This document shows positions 45,263-55,489 of a stretch of 64,000 nt of DNA, in pieces. Position numbers and translations under genes: made by a program. Source of the DNA: Ferruginibacter sp. (GTDB lineage: Bacteria > Bacteroidota > Bacteroidia > Chitinophagales > Chitinophagaceae); NCBI GenBank assembly GCA_031416275.1, contig JANOTH010000119.1, forward strand, positions 7,676-71,675, read 5' to 3'. The notes under the pieces were generated by a model that was not told the DNA's origin, searched no databases, and saw only the letters and a program-made list of their open reading frames with translations. How positions within the stretch are numbered: the stretch's first letter is position 1; every line of letters starts with the position of its first letter.

Positions 45263-45859
45263 TTATTTAACAGGAATTTGAGAAAGAAGCACTTCGGAAA
45301 TAACTTTCGTGTAATGAGCGTGTTCTAAAGACAATATTTTGGTTGCTAAACTTTCAGGTGTATCATTTTTTTCAACAACACATGTTGTTTGAAAAATAAT
45401 TTGTCCATGGTCATACACCTCGTCAACATAATGTATCGTAATGCCACTTTCTTTTTCTCCAGCTGCAATTACAGCTTCATGTACGTACTTGCCATACATA
45501 CCTACTCCACCATACGCCGGTAAAAGCGCCGGGTGTATGTTCACAATTTTTTTTCGGTAAGCGGTCGTTATTTCTTTGGGTAATTTTTTAAGATATCCTG
45601 CTAAAATGATAAAGTCTACATCATGCTTTTTTAAAACTGCTGCATACAGTTCAACCTCATTTTTGTTTGCGGTATTTTTAAAGTTTATAATCTCTGTTGG
45701 AATATGATTGGTGCCTGCAATTCCTAAAATAGGCGCTTTTTCATTGTTTGTTACAACGAGAGAAATACTTGCATGCTGCTTGTCTATATAAGAATGAAGC
45801 GTATTAATAATTACTGCAGCATTGCTGCCCCCTCCGCTTGCAAAAATGGCTATGTTCAT
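45263..45859 (-). CDS. purN: Phosphoribosylglycinamide formyltransferase
   Basis: IAIFASGGGSNA, LAGYLKKL, VNIHPALLP, GITIHYVDEVYDHG. Confidence 0.95.
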   Translation of the reverse strand: MNIAIFASGGGSNAAVIINTLHSYIDKQHASISLVVTNNEKAPILGIAGTNHIPTEIINFKNTANKNEVELYAAVLKKHDVDFIILAGYLKKLPKEITTAYRKKIVNIHPALLPAYGGVGMYGKYVHEAVIAAGEKESGITIHYVDEVYDHGQIIFQTTCVVEKNDTPESLATKILSLEHAHYTKVISEVLLSQIPVK

Positions 45860-46173
45860 GTAGTGTTATCTGTTTTTTCTTGTTTTATTGCAGATCTTTT
45901 GCCCCTTATTCTGTTAAATAAACCGGTTAAATATCGTTTAAAAAAAGAGAATTGCCCCAAAGGAATACTAACCAATAACACCGATATCGGCCACAAAATG
46001 GTTACGGTAAGTACATAAGTTATCACCCAAAAAACCCCTTTGTCAATTGTTGTTAGCCCTAACAGTTTTCTTCCTGTATAGCCACACAAACTACCACCAA
46101 CTGCAAAAGTTATAATGATTAGGATTAAACGCAGCGGACCAACTTGCCATTTATTTTGCAGTTTATTCAGCAT
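45856..46173 (-). CDS. Small conserved membrane protein (DUF6787-like)
   Basis: KLQNKW...IITFAVGGSLC...GQFSFFKRY; two TM; 4-nt overlap with purN. Confidence 0.75.
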   Translation of the reverse strand: MLNKLQNKWQVGPLRLILIIITFAVGGSLCGYTGRKLLGLTTIDKGVFWVITYVLTVTILWPISVLLVSIPLGQFSFFKRYLTGLFNRIRGKRSAIKQEKTDNTT

Positions 46174-46353
46174 AGCGTTAATATCAATTAAAAATCACCG
46201 AATGGGGTATCAAAAATCTTCTAAAAAAAGGCAATAAATTCTGTTACAATGCGATGACAATCAAAATTAAGTGAATCTTTCTAAATAGGGTATTTAGTAT
46301 AAAAAGACTACAAAAAAAATTAATAATGTTGATAGTTTGTCAGTATCGTGTCT

Positions 46354-46361
46354 TATTTTTG
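46354..46361 (+). promoter_or_regulatory. Bacteroidota housekeeping -7 promoter element for the act-cox cluster
   Basis: TATTTTTG matches TAnnTTTG and supports a start at ATG 46427. Confidence 0.55.
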
Positions 46362-46426
46362 CACATGGAATAGCCATTTTATACAAAAAAACCCGGCTAA
46401 ATTGTATGATTCGTTATCAAAAACTC

Positions 46427-47722
46427 ATTTCTCGGTTTATAGCAAGCCTTATCCTTATCGTTTTTATCTCAAATAATAGTGCTTTTGCACAAGGAGAAGC
46501 ATTGTTTAAAGCACAATGTGCCAATTGCCATAAACCAAATCAAGACTATACTGGTCCTGCACTTGCAGGAGTTAGAAACAGACAGCCAAGCAAGGATTGG
46601 ATTTACAAATGGGTAGCAAACCCATCTGCAATGATTGCTTCAGAACCATACGCAAAAGCATTGTTCGAAAAATGGAAGCCAACTGTTATGACGGCTTTTC
46701 CTGCACTTAAAAAGGCAGAAATAGATGCTATACTTGATTATGTAGATGCTTACAAAGAACCCGTAGCTCCATCAGGCACTGCAGCAGGCGCTACTTCAGA
46801 AAGTAAAGACAACAACTCACTCTTGTTTGGAATACTCACTTTAATACTTGCAATTGTTGCCTTTATATTGTTGCAGGTTAATAGCAACCTCCGTAAATTA
46901 TCTGATGATAAAGAAGGTGTATTACGTGGTGAACCGGTACCTTTTTACCGCAACAAAACCTATTTAATGGCTGCTGTGTTACTACTCTTTGGCTTAGGTG
47001 GCTACACTACAATTAATGCAGCTTACGGCTTAGGTCGTATGAAGGATTATCAGCCAGAGCAACCAATTTACTATTCGCACAAAGTGCATGCGGGTACCAA
47101 TCAAATCTCCTGTTTGTATTGCCATGGCGGCACACAGGATAGCAAAAGTGGAAGTATCCCATCTGTAAATGTTTGTATGAACTGCCACATGGCTATTAAG
47201 GAATACAAAGGCGAAGCCATTACAAGAGAAGATGGTACATCGGTAAACGGTACTGCAGAAATTCAAAAATTATATGCATACGCAGGATGGAATCCTGAAA
47301 AAAAAGAATACAATCCTGATAACAACAAAGATGGCTTACCTGATGGGGCTCATCCAATAGAGTGGATTAAAATTCACAACCTACCTGACCATGTTTACTT
47401 TAACCACAGCCAGCACGTAAAAGTTGGTAAACAAAACTGTCAAACTTGTCACGGAAATATTCAGGAAATGCCTGAAGTTTATCAGTTTTCTGATTTAAGC
47501 ATGGGTTGGTGTATCAACTGTCACAGAGAATCTAAAGTAGATTTTTACAATAAAGAAGATAGCACAGGCAATAAGTTTTACAGCATTTACGAAAAGTTTC
47601 ATGAGCAAATGAAAGATTCAGTGCTTGATGAGTCAGGTAGAAAAATACCTAACCCACACAGAATGGATAGCGTAACTGTAGAAAAGATAGGTGGTACGGA
47701 GTGTCAGAAATGTCACTATTAA
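46427..47722 (+). CDS. actA: Alternative complex III multiheme cytochrome c subunit A
   Basis: Six CxxCH motifs (CANCH; CLYCH, CMNCH, CQTCH, CINCH, CQKCH): a monoheme domain plus a pentaheme domain. Start reassigned from TTG 46337 to ATG 46427. Confidence 0.93.
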   Translation: MSRFIASLILIVFISNNSAFAQGEALFKAQCANCHKPNQDYTGPALAGVRNRQPSKDWIYKWVANPSAMIASEPYAKALFEKWKPTVMTAFPALKKAEIDAILDYVDAYKEPVAPSGTAAGATSESKDNNSLLFGILTLILAIVAFILLQVNSNLRKLSDDKEGVLRGEPVPFYRNKTYLMAAVLLLFGLGGYTTINAAYGLGRMKDYQPEQPIYYSHKVHAGTNQISCLYCHGGTQDSKSGSIPSVNVCMNCHMAIKEYKGEAITREDGTSVNGTAEIQKLYAYAGWNPEKKEYNPDNNKDGLPDGAHPIEWIKIHNLPDHVYFNHSQHVKVGKQNCQTCHGNIQEMPEVYQFSDLSMGWCINCHRESKVDFYNKEDSTGNKFYSIYEKFHEQMKDSVLDESGRKIPNPHRMDSVTVEKIGGTECQKCHY

Positions 47723-47782
47723 ATAGTTGGTTTCCTCCAAAGTACAAGCTAACAGTAATTTAAAAAAGACCTGAATTTAAAA

Positions 47783-47822
47783 ATTAGCATATTAGCACAT
47801 CAGCTAATCAGCACATTTTAAC
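47783..47822. repeat. Degenerate octamer tandem repeat upstream of actB
   Basis: ATTAGCAT ATTAGCAC ATCAGCTA ATCAGCAC ATTTTAAC. Confidence 0.65.
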
Positions 47823-47826
47823 TAGT

Positions 47827-50800
47827 ATGAATAATAAGCAGTATTGGCAAAATTTTGGAGATCTTACGCAGTCAGACAGATTTAAAAAATCTACTGAAAA
47901 AGAGTTTCAGGAGGAATTGCTCCCGTTAGAAGAGTTAGATGGCAAAGGATTGCTGGATGTTAAAACACCAAGAAGAGATTTCTTAAAATACCTAGGTTTT
48001 AGTACTGCTGCCGCGGCAATAGCTGCAAGTTGTGAAATGCCTGTTCGCAAAGCTGTTCCTTTTTTACAAAGACCAGATAACGTTATACCGGGTGTTGCTA
48101 ATTACTATGCATCTACCTATGTAAATGGTGGCGATGCAATTAGTGTGGTTGTAAAACAGAGAGACGGTCGCCCTATCAAAATAGAAGGCAACGAACTTTC
48201 TTCAATTACAAAAGGTGCAACAAGTGCCGCATCACAGGCATCTGTATTAGATTTATACGATCCAACACGCCTTCGCCACCCATTGCAAAAGAGTGGCAAC
48301 CAGTTTAAAGAAATAACCAGTTTTGAGAATTTCGATAAAATAATTTCTTCCGCAATGGCGGGAATAGCAGGCAAGCCAATTGTTTTGCTTACTTCTACAA
48401 TACATTCACCCTCTACATTACAACTTATTAGTGAGTTTTTGGCGAAATATCCGGGAAGTCGCCACGTGCAGTACGATGCAGTAAGTTACAGTGGAATGTT
48501 GTTGGCAAACGAAGCGAGTTACGGTAAAAAAGCCTTGCCTCAATATCGTTTTGATAAGGCAACAACCATCGTTAGCCTTGGTGCTGATTTTCTTGGTACT
48601 TGGTTAAGTGCTACTGAATACAGCAAGCAATATGCAGAAAACAAAAAAGTAAAAGCAGGTAAGCCTGAGTTGAGCCGTCATATACAGTTTGAAAGTATGA
48701 TGAGCATGACGGGTAGCAATGCTGATGATCGTTATACACACAAGCCATCAGAAACAGGAAATGTTGCGTTGGCTTTGCTGGCAAAATTAGGTGGTGCAGT
48801 TACTGGTCCAACCTTTAAAAACGAAAGATTAAATAAAGGAATTGCCCAAACTGCCGCATTGCTTGCAGCAAACAAAGGAACTTCATTGGTAGTTTGTGGT
48901 AGCAACGATGTAAATGTTCAGTTGATAGTAAATGCCATTAACGAAGCAATTGGTGCAAATGGTACAACAATAAACTGGAGCAACACAGCTAACATTAGAA
49001 AGGGGATTGATACCGAAATGGTAACCCTTGCTGCTGATATGAATGCAAACAATGTAGGTGCACTCTTAATTTACGATTGTAACCCGGTGTACACTTATAC
49101 CGATGGTAAAAAGTTTGCAGAAGCCTTGTTAAAAGTACCGGTGAGTGTTTCATTTAATACAACGATGGATGAAACTACTGAACTGTGTAAATATATTTTA
49201 CCAAGTAACCATTGGTTAGAAAGTTGGGGAGATGCAGAAGCAGTTTCAGGATATGTAAGTGTTATACAGCCGATCATTAATCCTTTATTTAAAACACGTC
49301 CTTTTCAAACATCATTACTTAATTGGAGTGGTGCAGGTATTGTACCAACAGTTGTAGTGAAAGATAGCGTGCCACAGGGTTATGTGCAGGGCTCAACATT
49401 AGAAGTTACAGATGCTTACGAAAGCTATTTTAAAAATTATTGGGCTACAAAATTAGGTTCAGTAAATGTTTGGGATAAAGCACTGCAGGATGGTGTGATT
49501 GAAACTACAGGTGCTGTAATAGCTACCGGTGGTGCCTATAACGGTGCTAATGTTTCTACCGCAGCAGCAAAAATTGCAGCGGTAAAAACAGGCGAATACG
49601 AAGTATTGCTTTACCAAAAAATAGGAATGGGTACAGGTAGCCAGGCTAATAACCCTTGGTTACAGGAATTGCCAGATCCTATCACAAAAGTTACTTGGGA
49701 CAATTACGCAATGGTAGCGCCATCTATGGCTAAGACCTTGTTTAATTTTGATGTAACAAATCCTAATAAAAAAGACGCAGATACATACGAAGTACATCCT
49801 GAAAAACCGGTAATGAAAATTACGGTTAACGGGAAAGCCTTGAGTTTACCAGTTTTAATTATACCAGGTTTAAATGCAAATACCATTGCAATTGCAGTTG
49901 GTTACGGTCGTGGAAACGCAGCTGCTGAAAAAGAAGTTAATTTAGAAAGAATTGGTCGTGCAGCTTATGGCTCAGGTCAAAACGCATACATATTTGCAGG
50001 TTGGGATGGTAGCACATTCTCTTATTCATCTCCCGCAACAATTGAAAAAACAGGTGAAACTTATGCGCTTGCTCAAACGCAGGTTCACGGTTTTACAGAA
50101 GGGCGCCCGGTTATTTACGAAACCAATTTAGCTGCATTTCAAAAAAACCCCGAAGATGTTTTAGCAGAGCCTAGGCATGAAAGAATGCTGATTACTCCTG
50201 ATGGTAAAACTGATTTTGTAAAAGACGCTACGCAATATCCTGATTTTGAAAAGCCAGGTATTAAGTGGGGAATGAGCATTGATTTAAATACATGTACAGG
50301 TTGCAGCGCTTGTGTTGTGGCTTGTAATGCAGAAAACAATGTGAGTGTTGTAGGTAAAATTCAAGTACAACGTGCACACGAAATGCATTGGTTGCGCATC
50401 GATAGGTATTTTACAGGAGATCTTGAAAACCCTGATGTTGTATTTCAACCAATGATGTGCCAGCATTGTGACAATGCACCATGCGAAAATGTTTGCCCGG
50501 TGGCAGCAACAAACCACAGCAGCGAAGGCTTAAACCAAATGACTTACAACCGTTGTATAGGTACAAGATATTGTGCAAACAACTGTCCTTACAAAGTACG
50601 TCGTTTTAACTGGCTTGATTATAACGGTGCAGATAGTTTTGCAGATAACCAAAAAAGCTTGGTAGGTGTAGATACAAATGAGGTAATGTATCAGATGAAC
50701 GATGATCTTACAAGAATGGTATTAAACCCAGATGTTACTATTCGTTCTCGTGGTGTAATCGAAAAATGTTCTTTCTGCGTACAACGTTTACAGGATAGTA

Positions 50801-51138
50801 AATTGGAAGCAAAAAAGCAGCAAGAACCGGCTTTGGTACGTAATGTAAAAGTTGCATGTGCACAGGCTTGTCCTGCAAATGCAATAACCTTTGGTAATGT
50901 TAACGACAAACAAAGTGATGTTTACAAAATAAGAAACGTTGAACAGGTAAACCGTAATTTTTATGTGTTGGAGCAATTGCACGTTTTACCGAATGTGAGT
51001 TACCTGGCTAAAATTAGAAATACAGATAGAGTGGTAAATAATGGCAACGAAGTAGAACACCACGAAGCCGGCGCACATGAAGGAACAGAAAAAGCAGCAG
51101 GACAAAAAGAAGAGAAAGCGGTAGAAGCGGCTCATTAA
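47827..51138 (+). CDS. actB: ACIII subunit B (molybdopterin-oxidoreductase-like + Fe-S domain, TAT/lipoprotein signal)
   Basis: RRDFLKYLGF...AASC; RDGRPIKIEGN; Fe-S motifs CTGCSACVVAC, CQHCDNAPCENVC, CIGTRYCANNC, CSFC/CAQAC. Confidence 0.94.
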   Translation: MNNKQYWQNFGDLTQSDRFKKSTEKEFQEELLPLEELDGKGLLDVKTPRRDFLKYLGFSTAAAAIAASCEMPVRKAVPFLQRPDNVIPGVANYYASTYVNGGDAISVVVKQRDGRPIKIEGNELSSITKGATSAASQASVLDLYDPTRLRHPLQKSGNQFKEITSFENFDKIISSAMAGIAGKPIVLLTSTIHSPSTLQLISEFLAKYPGSRHVQYDAVSYSGMLLANEASYGKKALPQYRFDKATTIVSLGADFLGTWLSATEYSKQYAENKKVKAGKPELSRHIQFESMMSMTGSNADDRYTHKPSETGNVALALLAKLGGAVTGPTFKNERLNKGIAQTAALLAANKGTSLVVCGSNDVNVQLIVNAINEAIGANGTTINWSNTANIRKGIDTEMVTLAADMNANNVGALLIYDCNPVYTYTDGKKFAEALLKVPVSVSFNTTMDETTELCKYILPSNHWLESWGDAEAVSGYVSVIQPIINPLFKTRPFQTSLLNWSGAGIVPTVVVKDSVPQGYVQGSTLEVTDAYESYFKNYWATKLGSVNVWDKALQDGVIETTGAVIATGGAYNGANVSTAAAKIAAVKTGEYEVLLYQKIGMGTGSQANNPWLQELPDPITKVTWDNYAMVAPSMAKTLFNFDVTNPNKKDADTYEVHPEKPVMKITVNGKALSLPVLIIPGLNANTIAIAVGYGRGNAAAEKEVNLERIGRAAYGSGQNAYIFAGWDGSTFSYSSPATIEKTGETYALAQTQVHGFTEGRPVIYETNLAAFQKNPEDVLAEPRHERMLITPDGKTDFVKDATQYPDFEKPGIKWGMSIDLNTCTGCSACVVACNAENNVSVVGKIQVQRAHEMHWLRIDRYFTGDLENPDVVFQPMMCQHCDNAPCENVCPVAATNHSSEGLNQMTYNRCIGTRYCANNCPYKVRRFNWLDYNGADSFADNQKSLVGVDTNEVMYQMNDDLTRMVLNPDVTIRSRGVIEKCSFCVQRLQDSKLEAKKQQEPALVRNVKVACAQACPANAITFGNVNDKQSDVYKIRNVEQVNRNFYVLEQLHVLPNVSYLAKIRNTDRVVNNGNEVEHHEAGAHEGTEKAAGQKEEKAVEAAH

Positions 51139-51199
51139 AGAGCATGTGATGTTGTTCAGTCTAAGAGAAATAAAAAGGTAATTGTTTAGAAAGATTCAA

Positions 51200-51234
51200 G
51201 TCTAAAATCTTGTATCTAATATCTAAAATCTAAA
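51200..51234. repeat. Degenerate heptamer tandem repeat upstream of actC
   Basis: GTCTAAA ATCTTGT ATCTAAT ATCTAAA ATCTAAA. Confidence 0.65.
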
Positions 51235-51241
51235 AAAATAT

Positions 51242-52693
51242 ATGTCATTACTTAAATACGAATCACAACAAAGGGAGCCGCTGGTAGATGGTAACAAAGA
51301 TTATCACCAGGTAACAGAAGATATTATAAGCCCTATTGAGATGAAGCCGGGAAGGCTTTGGTACATTGGTTTCTACATAAGTGTTGCCTTACTTTTATTT
51401 GGTGTGTATAGTATTTACAGAGAGGTTACTTATGGTATTGGCCAGTGGAACCTTAATAAAACGATTGGTTGGGGTTGGGATATTACCAACTTCGTATGGT
51501 GGGTAGGTATTGGTCACGCAGGAACGCTTATCTCAGCTATTCTTTTATTGTTTAGACAAGGTTGGAGAACAGGAGTAAACCGTGCTGCAGAAGCGATGAC
51601 GATTTTCGCTGTAATGTGTGCAGGTCAGTTTCCAATTTGGCATATGGGTCGTGTTTGGATGGCGTTTTTCGTACTACCTTATCCTAATACTCGTGGTCCT
51701 TTATGGGTTAACTTTAACTCTCCGCTTTTGTGGGACGTGTTTGCGATATCAACTTATTTTACGGTTTCCTTATTATTCTGGTACTCAGGTTTATTGCCTG
51801 ATTTTGCAACGGTAAGAGACAGGGCTAAAACGAAATTCCGCAAGATGATGTACGGTGTTGCAGCTTTTGGTTGGACGGGCAGTACAAAACACTGGCAGCG
51901 TTTCGAGTCTTTATCATTGGTATTGGCAGGTTTAAGTACACCGCTTGTACTTTCTGTACACACGATTGTATCTTTTGACTTTGCAACATCAGTAGTACCA
52001 GGTTGGCATACAACAATTTTTCCTCCTTACTTCGTAGCCGGAGCCATATTCTCAGGTTTTGCCATGGTGCAAACCTTGTTGATCATTGTTAGAAAAGTTT
52101 TAAACCTTCAGGATTATATTACCATAGGTCACATTGAAGCAATGAATAAAGTAATTGTACTTACAGGTAGTATTGTAGGTATCGCTTACCTAACAGAATT
52201 GTTCATTGCATGGTACGGTCAAAACCCGTATGAAATACATGCATTCTTTGAAAACAGAGGAAACATATTCAGTCCTTACGGTTGGAGTTATTATTTAATG
52301 ATGTTCTGTAACGTGGTTTCTCCACAATTGTTCTGGAGTAAGAAATTAAGAAGAAATATTACGGTTACTTTCTTTATGAGTATTATCGTAAACATTGGTA
52401 TGTGGTACGAGCGTTTCGTTATCATTGTAACATCCGTTTACAGAGATTTCTTACCATCAAGCTGGAGTACTTATTATAGCCCAAGTATTTATGAAATAGG
52501 ATTCTATTTAGGTACGTTCGGTTTGTTCTTTACTTGTTTCTTCTTCTTTGCAAAATACTTCCCTGTTATTGCGGTGGCAGAAATTAAGTCTATCTTAAAG
52601 ACAAGTGGTGAAAATTATAAAGTGAAGATGAGTGATATTGAAAAAGAAGATGCAGAGAAATTTTATATAGAAGAAGTAGAGCATGCGCACTAA
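51242..52693 (+). CDS. actC: ACIII subunit C (NrfD/polysulfide reductase membrane family)
   Basis: WGWDITNFVWWVGIGHAGTLISA, RAAEAMT, HMGRVW, LWDVFAISTY, WYERFVII. Confidence 0.95.
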   Translation: MSLLKYESQQREPLVDGNKDYHQVTEDIISPIEMKPGRLWYIGFYISVALLLFGVYSIYREVTYGIGQWNLNKTIGWGWDITNFVWWVGIGHAGTLISAILLLFRQGWRTGVNRAAEAMTIFAVMCAGQFPIWHMGRVWMAFFVLPYPNTRGPLWVNFNSPLLWDVFAISTYFTVSLLFWYSGLLPDFATVRDRAKTKFRKMMYGVAAFGWTGSTKHWQRFESLSLVLAGLSTPLVLSVHTIVSFDFATSVVPGWHTTIFPPYFVAGAIFSGFAMVQTLLIIVRKVLNLQDYITIGHIEAMNKVIVLTGSIVGIAYLTELFIAWYGQNPYEIHAFFENRGNIFSPYGWSYYLMMFCNVVSPQLFWSKKLRRNITVTFFMSIIVNIGMWYERFVIIVTSVYRDFLPSSWSTYYSPSIYEIGFYLGTFGLFFTCFFFFAKYFPVIAVAEIKSILKTSGENYKVKMSDIEKEDAEKFYIEEVEHAH

Positions 52694-52744
52694 GCAGCTT
52701 TAAGTAGTAGGTATTTTTTAGAATTATCAATTATCATATATATT

Positions 52745-53332
52745 ATGAGCGGAATTAAAAAATTTGTGGTAGGGTCATTTGACGATGAGGTAGTGCTTTT
52801 TCCTGCAGTTAAAAACGTTAGAAAAGCAGGCTATAAAATCCATGATGTTTACACGCCATTTCCGGTACACGGGTTGGACCATGCAATGGGTTTAAGAGAA
52901 ACGAGTATCCATACAGCGGGTTTTATTTTTGCCATTACAGGTACTGCAACGGCCTTAACATTTATAAGCTGGGTTTTTACAAAAGACTGGCCTTTAAATA
53001 TTGGTGGTAAACCGCATTTTGCTTTGCCCGCCTGGATCCCAATTACTTTTGAACTTACCGTGTTGTTTTCAGCTGTTGGTATGGTACTTACATTTTGTTA
53101 CCTCTGCCAATTATCTCCGTTTGTGAAAAAGCATCATTTTAGCGCACGTGCTACAGATGATCATTTTGTAATGGTAATAGAATGTACAGATAAAACAAAT
53201 GACAGCGAGGTGCAAAGCTTTCTGCAAAACGCAGGAGCAAAAGAAGTGAATGTGCAGGTGGCGGAAAGTGGTTGGTGGCTTGGCAGATATGATAAAGAGC
53301 AAAAACTTTATAGAGAAGAACTAGGATATTAA
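52745..53332 (+). CDS. actD: ACIII subunit D (DUF3341)
   Basis: YTPFPVHGLDHAMG, IGGKP, PITFELTVL. Confidence 0.93.
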   Translation: MSGIKKFVVGSFDDEVVLFPAVKNVRKAGYKIHDVYTPFPVHGLDHAMGLRETSIHTAGFIFAITGTATALTFISWVFTKDWPLNIGGKPHFALPAWIPITFELTVLFSAVGMVLTFCYLCQLSPFVKKHHFSARATDDHFVMVIECTDKTNDSEVQSFLQNAGAKEVNVQVAESGWWLGRYDKEQKLYREELGY

Positions 53333-53387
53333 TTGTAATCGATTTTTTTAATGGTCGCTGTGACCTTGAATGGTTAATAAAAGAATA

Positions 53388-54044
53388 ATGAAAGTACTTA
53401 CACATCTATTACAAATAACATTGGTAACTGCAGTGGTAATTTTTGCAAGTTGCGATAGCAAGCGGCAACCAGGCAAGACTTATATGCCCGATATGGCTTA
53501 CAGTAGAGCTTACGAAAGTTTTGCAAACAGAGACAGCACAAAGTTCACCATGGATATGTATAAAAAGGGTGGTGATATGATCTTTTTTAACAACGTTCCA
53601 CCAGCTGGAACCATCAAAAGAGGAGAATTGTTTCCGTACAGTTTACCTAATGATAGCAATGGTTATAAAATGAGTAGCATGGTACAAAATCCATACGATT
53701 CACTCGGAATGACAAAAGCACAGATGGATGAGGCAGGTAGATTGTATAACATCAATTGTGGAATTTGTCACGGTGCAGGTGGTGTGGCAAATGGACCGAT
53801 AGCTGCAGGTGGATATGTAGGTGGTGTGGCAAATTTAACAGCAGATGCCTATGTAAAAATGGCTGATGGTACCATGTTCCATTCCATTACTTATGGTAAA
53901 GGTGTTATGGGTAGTTATGCATCGCAGGTTACGAGAGCACAGCGTTGGATGATTGTAAAATACATCCGCACATTGCAACCAAAAGCAGATTCAACAGCAC
54001 CTGCAGTTGCAGCTACAAAAGATACTACAGCAAAAAAGATTTAA
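53388..54044 (+). CDS. actE: ACIII monoheme cytochrome c lipoprotein subunit E
   Basis: Lipobox FASC; YMPDMAYS; CGICH; ITYGKGVMGSY. ATG 53388 preferred over 53370. Confidence 0.92.
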   Translation: MKVLTHLLQITLVTAVVIFASCDSKRQPGKTYMPDMAYSRAYESFANRDSTKFTMDMYKKGGDMIFFNNVPPAGTIKRGELFPYSLPNDSNGYKMSSMVQNPYDSLGMTKAQMDEAGRLYNINCGICHGAGGVANGPIAAGGYVGGVANLTADAYVKMADGTMFHSITYGKGVMGSYASQVTRAQRWMIVKYIRTLQPKADSTAPAVAATKDTTAKKI

Positions 54045-54086
54045 TAAAGTATAAAAGAATATTTAAGCCCTATAAATTAGTATTAG

Positions 54087-55373
54087 ATGAACAACAAACA
54101 ATTTGAATTACCGGGAAGCTATAAAAAATGGACTTGGGGCCTTATCGTTGTAGGTTTATTAGCAGTGTTGTACGGTTTTATAATGTTTCATCCATTTGCT
54201 GCGCCCTCTCATGGTGAAGGTGGTGCTCATTCAGATGTAAATGGTACAAGGTTTTGGGCAGTGTTATTGCAAAACAGTGTTTATTGGTTGCTCACAGCAA
54301 ATGCTGCAATGTTTTTTATATGTATTACCACTTTAGCAATGGGCGGTTGGCAAGTTGCTATGCGTAGAGTGCCCGAGGCTATTTCCAGTGTTGTGCCTGT
54401 TTTGGGTCTTATAACATTTATAATTTTATTGGCCATCGTTTTGGGTGGTCGCACAGATATTTATCATTGGTTAGATCCAAACCTTTACGTAAAAGGTACA
54501 GGTACTTTCGATAAAATTCTTAATGGTAAACATGGCTTCTTAAATCCTACCTTCTTTCTTGTATGGTCAGGCGTTTCTATCGCTTTATGGATTTTATTGG
54601 GTCGTAAAATGCGTTCTTTAAGTTTAAAGTCTGATGAAGAGGGACCAATGGATCATGTTCAGGCAAAAAAGTGGATTGATATAAACTTTACCTACGCATC
54701 TTACTTCATAGTATTTTTTGGATTAAGCGTTGCGTCAACGGTTCCATGGTTGTGGTTAATGAGTATTGATCCACATTGGTACAGTACCATGTACAGCTGG
54801 TATACTTTTGCAAGCACTTTCGTTTCAGGGCTTTCATTGATTGCGATATTCGTAATATTTTTAAAGAACAGAGGCCAGTTAGAATACGTGACAGAGGAAC
54901 ATTTGCATGATATTGGCAAGTTCATGTTCGCCTTCTCTGTGTTCTGGACGTACCTTTGGTTTGATCAGTATATGTTGATTTGGTACAGTAACCAGCCTGA
55001 GGAAACACGTTATTTTATTGATAGAATTGGTACCGCAACAAAAACAGGTCCTTACTACGGAATCTTCTTTTTCAACCTGGTTGTAAACTTTTTAGCTCCA
55101 TTATTAATCTTGATGAGAAAGAGTTCTAAGAGAAACTGGACGGTAGTAACATTCGTAGCTGTTTTAATCATCTTTGGCCATTGGATAGATTTTTTCCAAA
55201 TGGTAATGCCTGGCACAGTAGGTCCAAATTTTGAGTTGATGCCTTTCGAATTTGGAATTGCTTGTCTATTTATTGGAGTAATTATGTGGGGTGTTGGTAG
55301 CTATATAACGAAGCACTCTCTAATTGCGAAAAATCATCCTTTTTTAAAGGAAAGTATGATACACCACACTTAG
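54087..55373 (+). CDS. actF: ACIII subunit F (membrane)
   Basis: WLWLMSIDPHWYSTMY, HLHDIGKFMFAFSVFWTYLWFDQYMLIWY; multi-TM. Confidence 0.92.
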   Translation: MNNKQFELPGSYKKWTWGLIVVGLLAVLYGFIMFHPFAAPSHGEGGAHSDVNGTRFWAVLLQNSVYWLLTANAAMFFICITTLAMGGWQVAMRRVPEAISSVVPVLGLITFIILLAIVLGGRTDIYHWLDPNLYVKGTGTFDKILNGKHGFLNPTFFLVWSGVSIALWILLGRKMRSLSLKSDEEGPMDHVQAKKWIDINFTYASYFIVFFGLSVASTVPWLWLMSIDPHWYSTMYSWYTFASTFVSGLSLIAIFVIFLKNRGQLEYVTEEHLHDIGKFMFAFSVFWTYLWFDQYMLIWYSNQPEETRYFIDRIGTATKTGPYYGIFFFNLVVNFLAPLLILMRKSSKRNWTVVTFVAVLIIFGHWIDFFQMVMPGTVGPNFELMPFEFGIACLFIGVIMWGVGSYITKHSLIAKNHPFLKESMIHHT

Positions 55374-55489
55374 AATCATCGTAAATTTATATACTGAAAT
55401 ATTTTGGGTTTTTAGTTGAAGTTAAGTGTCTCTTTTAAGAAAACGACAGGATAAAACGGCTGTTTCATCCACAAAAAATAAAGCAAAAG

